A stretch of DNA of 64,000 nt from an uncultured Bacilli bacterium (GCA_944368975.1 CALVXI010000005.1:20967-84966); one strand, 5' to 3'; shown: positions 20,948 to 30,558, counted from the stretch's first letter. Made by a program: numbers and translations. Notes: a model not told the origin generated them from the letters alone.

Positions 20948-22087
20948 ATGATCTTATATTTTAAAGTTACTAATTTTAAATCAATAAAAGAAACTGAAAT
21001 TTCTTTTATTAGTAGTAATTCTTTAAATACTCACTTAGATCATATTTATCATTTAAACAAATTTAATATTAATAAATTTGGAGTCCTTTTTGGACCCAAT
21101 GGAAGTGGTAAATCAAACTTAATTAAAGCTTTATCAACTTTAAAAGATATAGTACTTCATAAAAATATAGATGAAAAATATAAATATAGTTTTAATAAGA
21201 ATGATTTAAATAATAAAGATTTAGATTCCATATTTAATATTATTTTTTCATTAGAAGATAAAATATATGAATATAAATTAACTTTAAATTTCTTTAATTT
21301 AAAGTTAATTAAAGAAGAACTGAATGAAATTAAAGATGATATTTATAATATCTATTCAGTAAATAATGAAATAAAACTAGATAATTATGAAGCATATAAA
21401 TTCTTTAAAGAACACTTAATTATTTATAGCGCTCGATATAATGTAATTAAAACTAATTTATTTAATAAAAGAGAAATTAATAAATTATTAACATATTTAA
21501 ATTTATTTCAAACTAAAATAATTGATATTAATCTAGTTAATTCCTCTAAGAAAGAGGTTAAAAATTATTTACCACCTTATTTTTATAAAACACTTGATAA
21601 GATGATTAATAGCTTAAATAAAGATGAAACTTTATCTATTAATATTGGGTTTAATTTCTTTTTAATTCATAATAAAAAAGTTAAAAAAATAACCAATAAA
21701 CATGCAAAACTCGATTATTTTATTGAATATCAAGAAGAAAGTGATGGTATTAGTAGATTATTTTCATTATGTTTAATGCTATTTAATATTAAGAAAGATA
21801 ATGTAATTTTAATAGATGAAATAGATAAATCTTTACATCAAAAATTATCAATATTAGTAACTAAATACTTTATTAATGAAGTCAGTAAACTTAATTCACA
21901 ACTTATATTTTCTTCTCATAATACGCTTTTACTTGATAAAGAATATTTTAAAGAAGATGAAATTTATTTCTTAGAAAAATCAAAATTAGAAAATTCTAAA
22001 TTATATTCATTAATTGATTTTGAATTAGATAACAATGAATATTTAAAAAATTATCAAGAAGGACGATATGGAGCAATTCCTAAATAA
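20948..22087 (+). CDS. AAA_21/ABC-like ATPase (AbiLi/RloA-type)
   Basis: N-terminus VTNFKSIKETEISF. Walker A FGPNGSGKSNLIKAL. Signature-like ESDGISRLFSL. Walker B VILIDEIDKSLH. H-loop LIFSSHNTLLLD. Confidence 0.75.
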   Translation: MILYFKVTNFKSIKETEISFISSNSLNTHLDHIYHLNKFNINKFGVLFGPNGSGKSNLIKALSTLKDIVLHKNIDEKYKYSFNKNDLNNKDLDSIFNIIFSLEDKIYEYKLTLNFFNLKLIKEELNEIKDDIYNIYSVNNEIKLDNYEAYKFFKEHLIIYSARYNVIKTNLFNKREINKLLTYLNLFQTKIIDINLVNSSKKEVKNYLPPYFYKTLDKMINSLNKDETLSINIGFNFFLIHNKKVKKITNKHAKLDYFIEYQEESDGISRLFSLCLMLFNIKKDNVILIDEIDKSLHQKLSILVTKYFINEVSKLNSQLIFSSHNTLLLDKEYFKEDEIYFLEKSKLENSKLYSLIDFELDNNEYLKNYQEGRYGAIPK

Positions 22088-22089
22088 AT

Positions 22090-22758
22090 ATGATTTATCC
22101 ATTTTTACTTAATAGAAGTGATTCAACTATGAAAATAAAAAGAAATATTTATTTTTTAGTCGAAGGAAAAAATACCGAACAATATTATTTTGATAGTTTA
22201 ATTAATGAGTCTAGTTTTGATCCTTATGACAATATTAATTTCTTTTCATTTACAAAATTAGGTAATGATGAAGGATTAACTCAACCTCGAAAAATGCTTG
22301 AAAAAGCTAATGAATATGCAAACGATAAGAAAAATAAATTTAATAAAAATATCGATGTAATCTATGTTATTTTTGATTTAGATGTCTTTAATAATGATCA
22401 AAGTGAAATAAATAAATTACTTAAATATAAGAAAAAATATATAAGGTTAGGTTTTTCAAATCCAGCTTTTGAATTATTCTTATTACTCCATTTAGATGAT
22501 GCATATAATAAATATATAAAGAAGAATAAGAAAAATATTTTATTAAATAATTATGTTAACGGTAAAAGATTTGTTAATAATTTAGTTTATGAAATAACCG
22601 GTGTAAACACTAAAAAAAGTGAAAAGGTTGGTCTATTTGCTTTAAATTTTAAAAATGCGATTAAAGAAGAGAAAAAAATAAATGAAAAATTTTCTTATAG
22701 TGGTAGTAAAGTAACTTCAAATATCGGTAAAATTATTGAATCTTTAATGGAAAAGTAA
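22090..22758 (+). CDS. RloB-like (Toprim-like) protein, AbiLii-type partner of the AAA_21 ATPase
   Basis: YFLVEGKNTEQYYF, IYVIFDLD and GFSNPAFELFLLLH match the RloB family pattern (EGxxTE...D.D...SNPxFE.W.LLH). Starts 2 nt after the upstream stop. Confidence 0.7.
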   Translation: MIYPFLLNRSDSTMKIKRNIYFLVEGKNTEQYYFDSLINESSFDPYDNINFFSFTKLGNDEGLTQPRKMLEKANEYANDKKNKFNKNIDVIYVIFDLDVFNNDQSEINKLLKYKKKYIRLGFSNPAFELFLLLHLDDAYNKYIKKNKKNILLNNYVNGKRFVNNLVYEITGVNTKKSEKVGLFALNFKNAIKEEKKINEKFSYSGSKVTSNIGKIIESLMEK

Positions 22759-22764
22759 TATTTA

Positions 22765-22801
22765 TTTACAATTTCTTTACTAAAATTTACTTATCTTTGA
22801 T
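22765..22801 (+). promoter_or_regulatory. Pho-box-like array upstream of pstS
   Basis: TTTACA-5-TTTACT-4-TTTACT-4-TTTGAT hexamers with 10-11 bp periodicity. This resembles the Bacillus PhoP TT(A/T/C)ACA direct-repeat sites. Confidence 0.55.
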
Positions 22802-22857
22802 TTTTTAAGTATCCTTCTTTTAATCATAATTTATGTGTTTAAAAGGAGAAACGAAAA

Positions 22858-23796
22858 ATGAAAAAAATTAGTGGTGTATTCGTATTAGGACTTGCAGCAA
22901 TGACTTTACTTAGCTGTGGTCCACAAGGATTTGATACTTCAAGTGATATTAAACTTTACACAAGAGACACCGATAGTGGTACAAGAGATGGATTTTTTAC
23001 AAAAATTGGATTAGAAAAAGCTAAAGCAGATAACGCTCCACTTAAAACTGGAATTGTTACAGTTGATAGTAATGGAAGTATGATGAATTCAGTTGGAAAC
23101 GATATGTATGGAATTGGTTATATTTCTTTATCAACATTATCTGAAAGCGATGCTATTAAAGGATTAAGCTATAACGGAGTTGAACCAACCGAAGCAAATG
23201 TTTTAAATGAAACTTATGGCTTAACAAGAAACTTTAATTATATTACTCGTAAACCTGGAGATTATTCTAGTACTGATGTTGAAGCTGTTGTTAATGCATT
23301 CATCGATTATACATTCTCTTTTGAAGGTTATACAATCATGAAAGGAGAACACGGTATTGTTGAAATCCCATCAGATGTAAAACATTGGTCTGAAATTGCT
23401 AGTCAACATGCTATTATGCAAAGAACTGATTTAAATTTAACAATTAATGTTGGTGGTTCAACTAGCGTTAGTGGTATGGCTCAAGCATTAACTACTGCTT
23501 TTAGTAGTTTATTCCCATCAGGATCAACAGTTAAATTTAATCATAATCATACTGGAAGTGGTGATGCTTATAAAAATACTCAAGGTGGAAAAGGCTTAGA
23601 TATTGGTTATTTAAGTAGAGAATTAGAAAGTAGTGAACAAGCTGTGGAAGGTACAAGCGGTTATATGTGTACTGATGCTATTGTTACAATTGTAAATAGC
23701 GAAAATCCATTAGATAACATTACAAATACTCAATTAGTTGATATGTATGGTCTTAATGGTGAAACAGTTACTTGGTCACAATTAATTACTGAATAA
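22858..23796 (+). CDS. pstS: Phosphate ABC transporter substrate-binding lipoprotein PstS
   Basis: Lipobox LTLLSCG. DSGTRDGF and GSGDAYK motifs typical of PstS/PBP-like_2. First gene of the pst operon. Confidence 0.9.
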   Translation: MKKISGVFVLGLAAMTLLSCGPQGFDTSSDIKLYTRDTDSGTRDGFFTKIGLEKAKADNAPLKTGIVTVDSNGSMMNSVGNDMYGIGYISLSTLSESDAIKGLSYNGVEPTEANVLNETYGLTRNFNYITRKPGDYSSTDVEAVVNAFIDYTFSFEGYTIMKGEHGIVEIPSDVKHWSEIASQHAIMQRTDLNLTINVGGSTSVSGMAQALTTAFSSLFPSGSTVKFNHNHTGSGDAYKNTQGGKGLDIGYLSRELESSEQAVEGTSGYMCTDAIVTIVNSENPLDNITNTQLVDMYGLNGETVTWSQLITE

Positions 23797-23850
23797 TTTA
23801 CAATTTCTTTACATATATTTACTTTTCACTGATTTTTACATATTACATTA
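23797..23850 (+). promoter_or_regulatory. Second Pho-box-like array between pstS and pstC
   Basis: TTTACA-5-TTTACA-4-TTTACT, then further TTACA/TACAT repeats. The first ~27 nt nearly copy the pstS-upstream array. Confidence 0.45.
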
Positions 23851-23867
23851 AATTGTAAAGTAATGTC

Positions 23868-24938
23868 ATGAAAACGTTAAACGAAGAAAAAGTAATCAAA
23901 AACTCAAATAGAAAGGCTATGATTGATAAAATTGTAGGCTTTCTTTTTTTGTTTGTGTGTATTATAAGCGCTAGTATTATCATTTTTACAATCTTTTTTA
24001 TAATTTATGAAGGAATTAATCCATTTGTAAATCAATACACACTAGATGATGGGACGATTGGAAATCAAAATTTTTGGGGATTTTTAACTGGTTTAAGTTA
24101 TGGCGAAAGTAATTATGGTAGTTTATTTTTAGTAATTAACACGCTTTATGTAACTTTATTATCAGCAATAATTTCTATTCCAGTATCAATTTTAACAAGT
24201 ATTTTTATAACAAGAATTGCTCCAAAAATAATTGGTGAAGTATTTAAAACTGGAATTGAAATATTAGCGAGTGTTCCTAGTGTAATTTATGGTTTATTTG
24301 GAATGGGCGTTATTTGTCCTCTTATAAGAGATTTAGCTTATGGTATTGGAATTCAAACTTCTGGCGGATTAAGTGTTATTAGTGGAGCGATAGTTTTAGC
24401 AATGATGTCGATTCCAACTATTACTTTAGTTAGTATCACCTCTATTCAAAGTGTTAGTAAAAGTTTTATCGAAGGAAGTTTAGCTTTAGGTGCTACAAAT
24501 AGTGAAACAAACTTTAAAGTTGTTCTTAAAGGAGCAACAAGCGGAATTATTTCTGGAATTATTTTAGGTATAGGGAGAGCCTTAGGTGAAGCTACCGCCG
24601 TAAGTTTAGTTATAGGTAATGCCTTTAGTGGACCTACATTTAATATTTTTGGTATATCAAGCACTTTAACTTCAATTATGATGTTAGGTATAGGAGAAGC
24701 TACTGGATTAAGTTATGACATTAGATTTAGTCTAGGTATTATGTTAATGCTTATTATTGTCATTATTAACTTAATATTAAATTATGTTAAGAATAAAATT
24801 ACTAATCCATTTAAGAAAGAAAATAAAGTATTAGCTTATGTTAAAGATGGCGTAATTTATTTAAAAGCTTACTTTAATAAAAATAAAAATAACGATAATG
24901 AGGAAAATAAAAATGAAACTAAAGATGAAAATAAGTAA
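23868..24938 (+). CDS. pstC: Phosphate ABC transporter permease PstC
   Basis: 356-aa polytopic membrane protein with the EAA-like loop EGSLALGATNSETNFKVVLKGATSGIISG. Confidence 0.9.
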   Translation: MKTLNEEKVIKNSNRKAMIDKIVGFLFLFVCIISASIIIFTIFFIIYEGINPFVNQYTLDDGTIGNQNFWGFLTGLSYGESNYGSLFLVINTLYVTLLSAIISIPVSILTSIFITRIAPKIIGEVFKTGIEILASVPSVIYGLFGMGVICPLIRDLAYGIGIQTSGGLSVISGAIVLAMMSIPTITLVSITSIQSVSKSFIEGSLALGATNSETNFKVVLKGATSGIISGIILGIGRALGEATAVSLVIGNAFSGPTFNIFGISSTLTSIMMLGIGEATGLSYDIRFSLGIMLMLIIVIINLILNYVKNKITNPFKKENKVLAYVKDGVIYLKAYFNKNKNNDNEENKNETKDENK

Positions 24939-26175
24939 TCCTTTTAAATTTGACGATGGAATGAGTAGAAAAAGAAGATTTAAAGATATTTTTCGTAATG
25001 CTTCAACTTTAATTTTCTCTTTATTAACTTTAGTTACACTTATTTATATTATTGTTTACATTTTTGCAAATGGAAGCTCTACTTTAAGTTGGCAATTTAT
25101 TACAAGTGATTATCAAGAAGTAAGTACATCATTATATTCACGTAGCGATTTAAATTTTGATGATCGAACATTTGATTTTAATGAAGATGGTGGTGAAATC
25201 AGTGAAAAATGGGGTGTTCAATTAGTTGATGGTGAAAATAATTTAGGCGAACACGTCGTTTATTTTTTAGAAGTAGCTGATAATTCTTACTTTAATGAAT
25301 TAGTTATCGGTTCTAATACTGCTACGGAAACATATAATAACTATGACGGACAATATATTAGTAATCTTTCTTTAAGAGTTGATGAACAAATTATTACATT
25401 AAGTTCAAGAGATAGTGCTAGTGATATTGTAAATTATCTAGATCAATCGAATGAAATAATGTTTATGGAAATATGCACTGTTGGTGGTGGCATTAGAGGG
25501 AGTTTATTAACAACAATTTACTTAATTTTAATTACATTAATAATCGCTATACCTTTAGGAGTTTGTGCAGCAATATATCTAGCGTTATATGCTAAGAAAA
25601 ATAAATTTACAATGATTTTAAGAAGTTTAATAGATATGACAAGTGCAATACCTTCAATTATTTTTGGTTTTATTGGCGCTCTTGTCTTTATACCATTTAT
25701 GAATGCTGTGAGTGGAAGTAATGGAGGAAGTATTCTTAGTGGTGCTTTAACTTTAACCATTATGTTAATTTCAACAATCGTTAAAACGACTGAAGAAAGT
25801 ATTATTGCTTTACCTAAAGGTTATATGGATAGTTCATTAGCGTTAGGAGCAAGTAGAACTGAAACAGTATTTAAAATAATTTTACCTAATGCTTTACCTG
25901 GTATTATTACATCAATTATTTTATCAATTGGTAGAATTATTGGAGAAAGTGCAGCATTAGTATTTGCTATTGGTGTTTCAATTCAAGATAATATTAGTTT
26001 AACTGGATCATCAACGTCACTTGCAGTACATATTTGGAGTTTACTTAAATTAGAAAATCCTAATTATGATGCAGCATGTGCAATCTCAATAATTATTCTA
26101 TGTATAGTCTTAGTTTTATGCTTATTAACAAAGATTATTTCTTATAGATTTAATAAGAAATTTAAAAGGAGCTAA
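24913..26175 (+). CDS. pstA: Phosphate ABC transporter permease PstA (large extracytoplasmic loop)
   Basis: EAA loop [26 protein letters not shown]. The ORF track start is 24898, but ATG 24913 is better spaced from GAGGA. ~150-aa loop after TM1. Confidence 0.9.
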   Translation: MKLKMKISNPFKFDDGMSRKRRFKDIFRNASTLIFSLLTLVTLIYIIVYIFANGSSTLSWQFITSDYQEVSTSLYSRSDLNFDDRTFDFNEDGGEISEKWGVQLVDGENNLGEHVVYFLEVADNSYFNELVIGSNTATETYNNYDGQYISNLSLRVDEQIITLSSRDSASDIVNYLDQSNEIMFMEICTVGGGIRGSLLTTIYLILITLIIAIPLGVCAAIYLALYAKKNKFTMILRSLIDMTSAIPSIIFGFIGALVFIPFMNAVSGSNGGSILSGALTLTIMLISTIVKTTEESIIALPKGYMDSSLALGASRTETVFKIILPNALPGIITSIILSIGRIIGESAALVFAIGVSIQDNISLTGSSTSLAVHIWSLLKLENPNYDAACAISIIILCIVLVLCLLTKIISYRFNKKFKRS

Positions 26176-26180
26176 TAAAA

Positions 26181-26939
26181 ATGGAAGAAAATCAAGTCGT
26201 ATTTAGTGTTAAAAATTTAAATTTATATTATGGAGATAAAAAAGCTTTAAATAATATTTCTTTAGATATTTATAAAAATAAAGTTACTGCTTTTATTGGT
26301 CCTTCTGGATGTGGTAAATCAACATTTTTAAGATGTTTTAATCGTATGAATGATTTAATTGAAAACTGTAAAGTTGAAGGAGAAATTCTACTTAATGGAA
26401 AAAATATTTTAGAAGTAAATCCAATATATTTAAGAACAAAAGTAGGAATGGTTTTTCAGCAGCCAAATCCTTTTCCAATGTCAATCTATAACAATGTTAT
26501 CTATGGGTTAAAATGCCAAGGAATTAAAAATAAAAAAGAATTAATGGAGATTTGCATAGATTCTTTAGAAAAAAGCGCCTTAATTAATGAAGTTAAAGAA
26601 AGATTAAAAGATAATGCTTTAGCTCTTAGTGGTGGTCAACAACAACGTTTATGTATAGCTAGATGCATCGCTTTATCTCCAGAAGTTATATTAATGGATG
26701 AGCCTACAAGCGCTCTTGATCCTATCGCTACAAGTAAAATTGAAGAATTAATTAGAGAACTTAAAAAAGATTATACAATAATAATTGTTACTCATAATAT
26801 GCAACAAGCAACTAGAATTAGTGATTATACTGCTTTCTTTATGCTTGGTGACTTAGTTGAATATAATAAAACAGAAGAATTTTTTGCTCATCCTCAAGAT
26901 AAAAGAAGTGATGATTATATTAGTGGTAAATTTAGTTAA
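26181..26939 (+). CDS. pstB: Phosphate ABC transporter ATP-binding protein PstB
   Basis: Walker [10 protein letters not shown], signature [13 protein letters not shown], Walker [12 protein letters not shown]. PstB-like N-terminus. Confidence 0.95.
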   Translation: MEENQVVFSVKNLNLYYGDKKALNNISLDIYKNKVTAFIGPSGCGKSTFLRCFNRMNDLIENCKVEGEILLNGKNILEVNPIYLRTKVGMVFQQPNPFPMSIYNNVIYGLKCQGIKNKKELMEICIDSLEKSALINEVKERLKDNALALSGGQQQRLCIARCIALSPEVILMDEPTSALDPIATSKIEELIRELKKDYTIIIVTHNMQQATRISDYTAFFMLGDLVEYNKTEEFFAHPQDKRSDDYISGKFS

Positions 26940-26953
26940 TAAGGAGAAAGTTT

Positions 26954-27586
26954 ATGCTTAAAGATGAATTAATTAATGAACTAAAAATTAAATGTATTAA
27001 GATGATGGAATTAACATTTAATGATGTTAATATTGCTTTAGAAGCAATTAAAAATCATACAACTAATAAAGTTAATGATGATACAATTGATAATTATCAT
27101 ATGGAAATTGAAAGTGAATGCTTAAAAATTCTTCTAAAAGAACAAGTTTATTCTAAAGATCTAAGAATTGTTACAGGTATTTTAAAATTAGTAGATGATA
27201 TTGAAAGAATTGGTGATCATGCTGAAGATTTATTATGGTGTAATTCAAAATTATCTACTGAAGAAAAGTTTATCGAAATTAAAAATTTAGATATTTTACT
27301 TAGTGAAATTAGTGAAATGGTGACATTAACTTTAAAAAGTTATCTTACTGAAGATATTGAGTTAGCAAATAAATTAATTCAAAGCGATGATAATATTGAT
27401 AAATTATATTTAAAAGTTTTAGATGAATTAGAAGAAAAGAAAACATTAGCAAAAGATCAAAATTTAATTATTTATGATACATTAATAAGTAAATATTTAG
27501 AAAGAATTGCTGATCATTTAGTTAATATTAATGAATGGATTGTGTATATCAAAAATGGTTATTATAAATCGAAAGTGATATTATAA
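26954..27586 (+). CDS. phoU: Phosphate signalling regulator PhoU
   Basis: 210 aa with the duplicated motif ERIGDHAEDL / ERIADHLVNI. Confidence 0.9.
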   Translation: MLKDELINELKIKCIKMMELTFNDVNIALEAIKNHTTNKVNDDTIDNYHMEIESECLKILLKEQVYSKDLRIVTGILKLVDDIERIGDHAEDLLWCNSKLSTEEKFIEIKNLDILLSEISEMVTLTLKSYLTEDIELANKLIQSDDNIDKLYLKVLDELEEKKTLAKDQNLIIYDTLISKYLERIADHLVNINEWIVYIKNGYYKSKVIL

Positions 27587-27590
27587 GATT

Positions 27591-28253
27591 ATGAAAAAAT
27601 TAATTTATTCAGTAGAAGACGATAAAGATATAGCCTATATTATCAAAATAGCTCTTGAAAATGCTAACTATGAAGTTAAAAGTTTTGATAATGGCGAAGA
27701 TTTCTTAAAAGAATTTAATAAAGTTAAACCTAACTTAATTCTTTTAGATATGATGTTACCTAAAATTCAAGGTGCAGATTTGCTTAAAATAATTCGTAAA
27801 GATGAAGCTAATAATGATATCGATATTATTATCATAAGTGCTAATAAATTAGTTAGTGATAAAGTTAATGGATTAAATTTAGGAGCTGATGATTATATTG
27901 CTAAGCCATTTGATTTACTTGAACTTGTTAGTCGAGTTAATGCTAGATTTAGAAAAAATAAATCTAAAATATATAAAATTAAAGATATTTTAATAAATGA
28001 AGAAAAAAGATTAGTGACTAAGCAAGATGAAGTAATAAGATTAACAAATAGTGAATTTGATATTTTATTAACTTTAGCAAAAGCTAATGGTGATATTGTT
28101 AGTAGAGAATCTTTAATGAATACTTTATGGGGTGAAAGTGAAGCTTATGAATCAAGAACCATCGATATGCATATCGGTGCTATAAGAAAAAAACTTAAAG
28201 ATAAAGATATAATTTTAACAATACATGGACATGGGTATCGACTAAATGAATAA
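27591..28253 (+). CDS. OmpR/PhoB-family response regulator
   Basis: Receiver domain (LILLDMMLP, ADDYIAKPF) plus winged-helix C-terminus (LTNSEFDILLTL...RTIDMHIGAIRKKL...GHGYRL). Confidence 0.9.
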   Translation: MKKLIYSVEDDKDIAYIIKIALENANYEVKSFDNGEDFLKEFNKVKPNLILLDMMLPKIQGADLLKIIRKDEANNDIDIIIISANKLVSDKVNGLNLGADDYIAKPFDLLELVSRVNARFRKNKSKIYKIKDILINEEKRLVTKQDEVIRLTNSEFDILLTLAKANGDIVSRESLMNTLWGESEAYESRTIDMHIGAIRKKLKDKDIILTIHGHGYRLNE

Positions 28254-29898
28254 AAAAAGTTTAGTTTTGCAGGATTTTTTATTTTTTATAACTACTTTTT
28301 TAATTTTTATTATCTCGATAAGTTTAGTTTTAACTTATTCAAGAAAAGAAAGTGATGATAATTTAGTTCACTATTCTGAGATTGTTTTAGCTTTGTATGA
28401 TGAAGAAAATAATGACTATAGTGAAGTTGATAAAACTTTTAATGAATCAATAGATATAAGAGTAACTATTTTAAACGGAAGTAATGGAGATGTTATCTAT
28501 GATAATAATCCTAACTATAATCAAGAAGAAAATCGTTTAAATGAATTTCTTAATTATGCTGATAAAGGAATTTATGAAAAATACTCTTTAACTTTAAATG
28601 AAAAAATGTTTTATTTAGTTAGAAGTGATGATTCTAACTATATTCGTGTTGGTATTTTAAAATCTGAGGTAATGGAAGTTACAAATAATATAGCTTTATA
28701 TGGATCTATTAGTTTAATTTTATTAAATGTTATTTATTTTATTCTTTCTTATTTATACTTTAAAAAGAATATTGATACGTTAAAAGAAGAAGTAATTAAG
28801 CTTGATAGTTTAGTTAATCCACAAAGTTTTATTAAAGATTTTGATATTCAAGATCTTAAAAATACTATGTCAAAATCTTATACCTTAATTAATGAACAAA
28901 TTAATGAAGTTAAAAGTGAAAAAGAAAAATATGAATTTATATTAAATAATATTTCTGAAGGTTTCATTGTTTTAGATCTTAATTACAATATTATTCAGAT
29001 TAATAAATATGCCTTAAATATATTCAATAAGAATTTTAATGAAGTATATGGTCATAATATTGTTTATTTATATAATGCTTCAAATTTATTAAATAATATT
29101 GAGAAAATGGATAAAACATTTAAATCATTTAAAGAGAAAATAGATGAAAGAATTTATGAATTTGAAATTAATAAAATTACATTTAATAATATTAATCTAA
29201 TTGCAATCTTATTTATTGATATAACAAATGAAGAAAATACAGAGATAATGAAAAAAGAGTTTTTTGCTAATGCTTCACATGAATTAAAATCACCTTTAAC
29301 TTCAATTATCGGATATCAAGAATTAATTAAAGAAGGAATAATTAAAGATAATAACGAGATTAAAAATATAAGTGAAAAAACTCTTAAAGAATCTATAAGA
29401 ATGAAAAATATTGTTTTAGATATGCTTGAATTATCGAAACTTGAAAGTAAAGAAGTTAAAGAAATTGAAAGACTAAATTTAAAAGAAATTATTGAAGATA
29501 TAATTAGTTCAAATGAAGTCTTAATTAAGCAAAAAAATATCAAAATCACTGCAAATCTCAAGGATTTTTATATAAATTCATCTTTTGAGGATATTCAAAA
29601 GTTATTATCTAATATTATCTCTAATGCGATAAATTATAATAATATTAATGGTGAAATAGAGTTAATTTTAAAAGATAATTCATTTATATGTAAAGATAAT
29701 GGAATAGGAATTAAAAAAGAAGATTTACCACGAATTTTTGAAAGATTTTATCGAGTTGATAAATCTAGAAGTAAGGAAAATAGTGGCACTGGTTTAGGTT
29801 TAGCAATTGTAAAACATATTTGTCTTAATTATCATTATAAAATTAAAGTTGATTCTAAATTTGGTTTAGGAACCACATTTACTATAATTTTTAAATAA
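28246..29898 (+). CDS. PhoR-like sensor histidine kinase
   Basis: Two TM segments. PAS-like region. H-box FFANASHELKSPLTSI, N-box NAINYN, G boxes DNGIGI and GTGLGLAIV. Overlaps the regulator gene by 8 nt. Confidence 0.88.
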   Translation: MNKKSLVLQDFLFFITTFLIFIISISLVLTYSRKESDDNLVHYSEIVLALYDEENNDYSEVDKTFNESIDIRVTILNGSNGDVIYDNNPNYNQEENRLNEFLNYADKGIYEKYSLTLNEKMFYLVRSDDSNYIRVGILKSEVMEVTNNIALYGSISLILLNVIYFILSYLYFKKNIDTLKEEVIKLDSLVNPQSFIKDFDIQDLKNTMSKSYTLINEQINEVKSEKEKYEFILNNISEGFIVLDLNYNIIQINKYALNIFNKNFNEVYGHNIVYLYNASNLLNNIEKMDKTFKSFKEKIDERIYEFEINKITFNNINLIAILFIDITNEENTEIMKKEFFANASHELKSPLTSIIGYQELIKEGIIKDNNEIKNISEKTLKESIRMKNIVLDMLELSKLESKEVKEIERLNLKEIIEDIISSNEVLIKQKNIKITANLKDFYINSSFEDIQKLLSNIISNAINYNNINGEIELILKDNSFICKDNGIGIKKEDLPRIFERFYRVDKSRSKENSGTGLGLAIVKHICLNYHYKIKVDSKFGLGTTFTIIFK

Positions 29899-29934
29899 CT
29901 TTTTATATTCTTTATTTTAATATAATATAAATAC

Positions 29935-30420
29935 ATGAAAAAATTTTTATCTAAATTAGATTTTAAAATGTTAATTATTTTATTGAGTTTTTTAATAAAT
30001 CTAATTTACTTAGGCTATATGTTTTTACCCTTAATAAAAGCCGATAATACTTTTTATTTTTCAATGTTTGATTTAGCAATTGGTTATAATAAAGTAAATA
30101 ATTCGTTTAATGGAAATTATATTAATATATTTTCTATCCTCAATTTGATTTTTACTTTTATCTCCCTAATTTTAGGAACTATATATTTGTGTTTAATATT
30201 TTTTAAGAAGAAAGAAGTATATAAATTACTTATTGCCTATTTTCAAACTATGGGTGTAAGTGGATTAATAACCTTATTAATTAAAACTGATTCTACTGGT
30301 TTAATTTACGATAGTTACGCTTATTCTAATTTAATATATTTGATAGGAGCTTTAAAAGTAGTAATCTGGGTTTTCTTTTTTATTAATCATTATTTTGGAT
30401 TTAAAAGTAAAAAATATTAA
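29935..30420 (+). CDS. Hypothetical small membrane protein (4 predicted TM)
   Basis: 161-aa ORF with four hydrophobic segments and no recognised motif. Confidence 0.55.
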   Translation: MKKFLSKLDFKMLIILLSFLINLIYLGYMFLPLIKADNTFYFSMFDLAIGYNKVNNSFNGNYINIFSILNLIFTFISLILGTIYLCLIFFKKKEVYKLLIAYFQTMGVSGLITLLIKTDSTGLIYDSYAYSNLIYLIGALKVVIWVFFFINHYFGFKSKKY

Positions 30421-30492
30421 TAAGATAACTAATTAGAGCATTTTTTAATTAAAATTTAACTTTAAAATATCTAAAAAAGTTAATTTATTTTT

Positions 30493-30519
30493 TTAGCACT
30501 CTACTATTGCAATTGCTAA
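30493..30519 (+). promoter_or_regulatory. CIRCE-like HrcA operator upstream of groES
   Basis: TTAGCACTC-N9-AATTGCTAA against consensus TTAGCACTC-N9-GAGTGCTAA. Left arm 9/9, right arm 7/9. Confidence 0.6.
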
Positions 30520-30558
30520 AAATAGTATTACAATATTATTCAGTTGGAGGTAATCAAA

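Noticed and set aside
22090-22128. Alternative later start (ATG 22129, MKIKRNIYFLVEG) for the RloB-like gene.
   Set aside because: It is plausible from family N-termini. However, the 22090 ATG gives the 2-nt coupling seen throughout this operon, and neither start has a strong RBS. I kept the longer ORF with this caveat.
24898-24938. pstC/pstA overlap as a sign of a frameshifted fusion.
   Set aside because: Both ORFs are complete with their own EAA loops. A short overlap with an internal GAGGA RBS is normal translational coupling.
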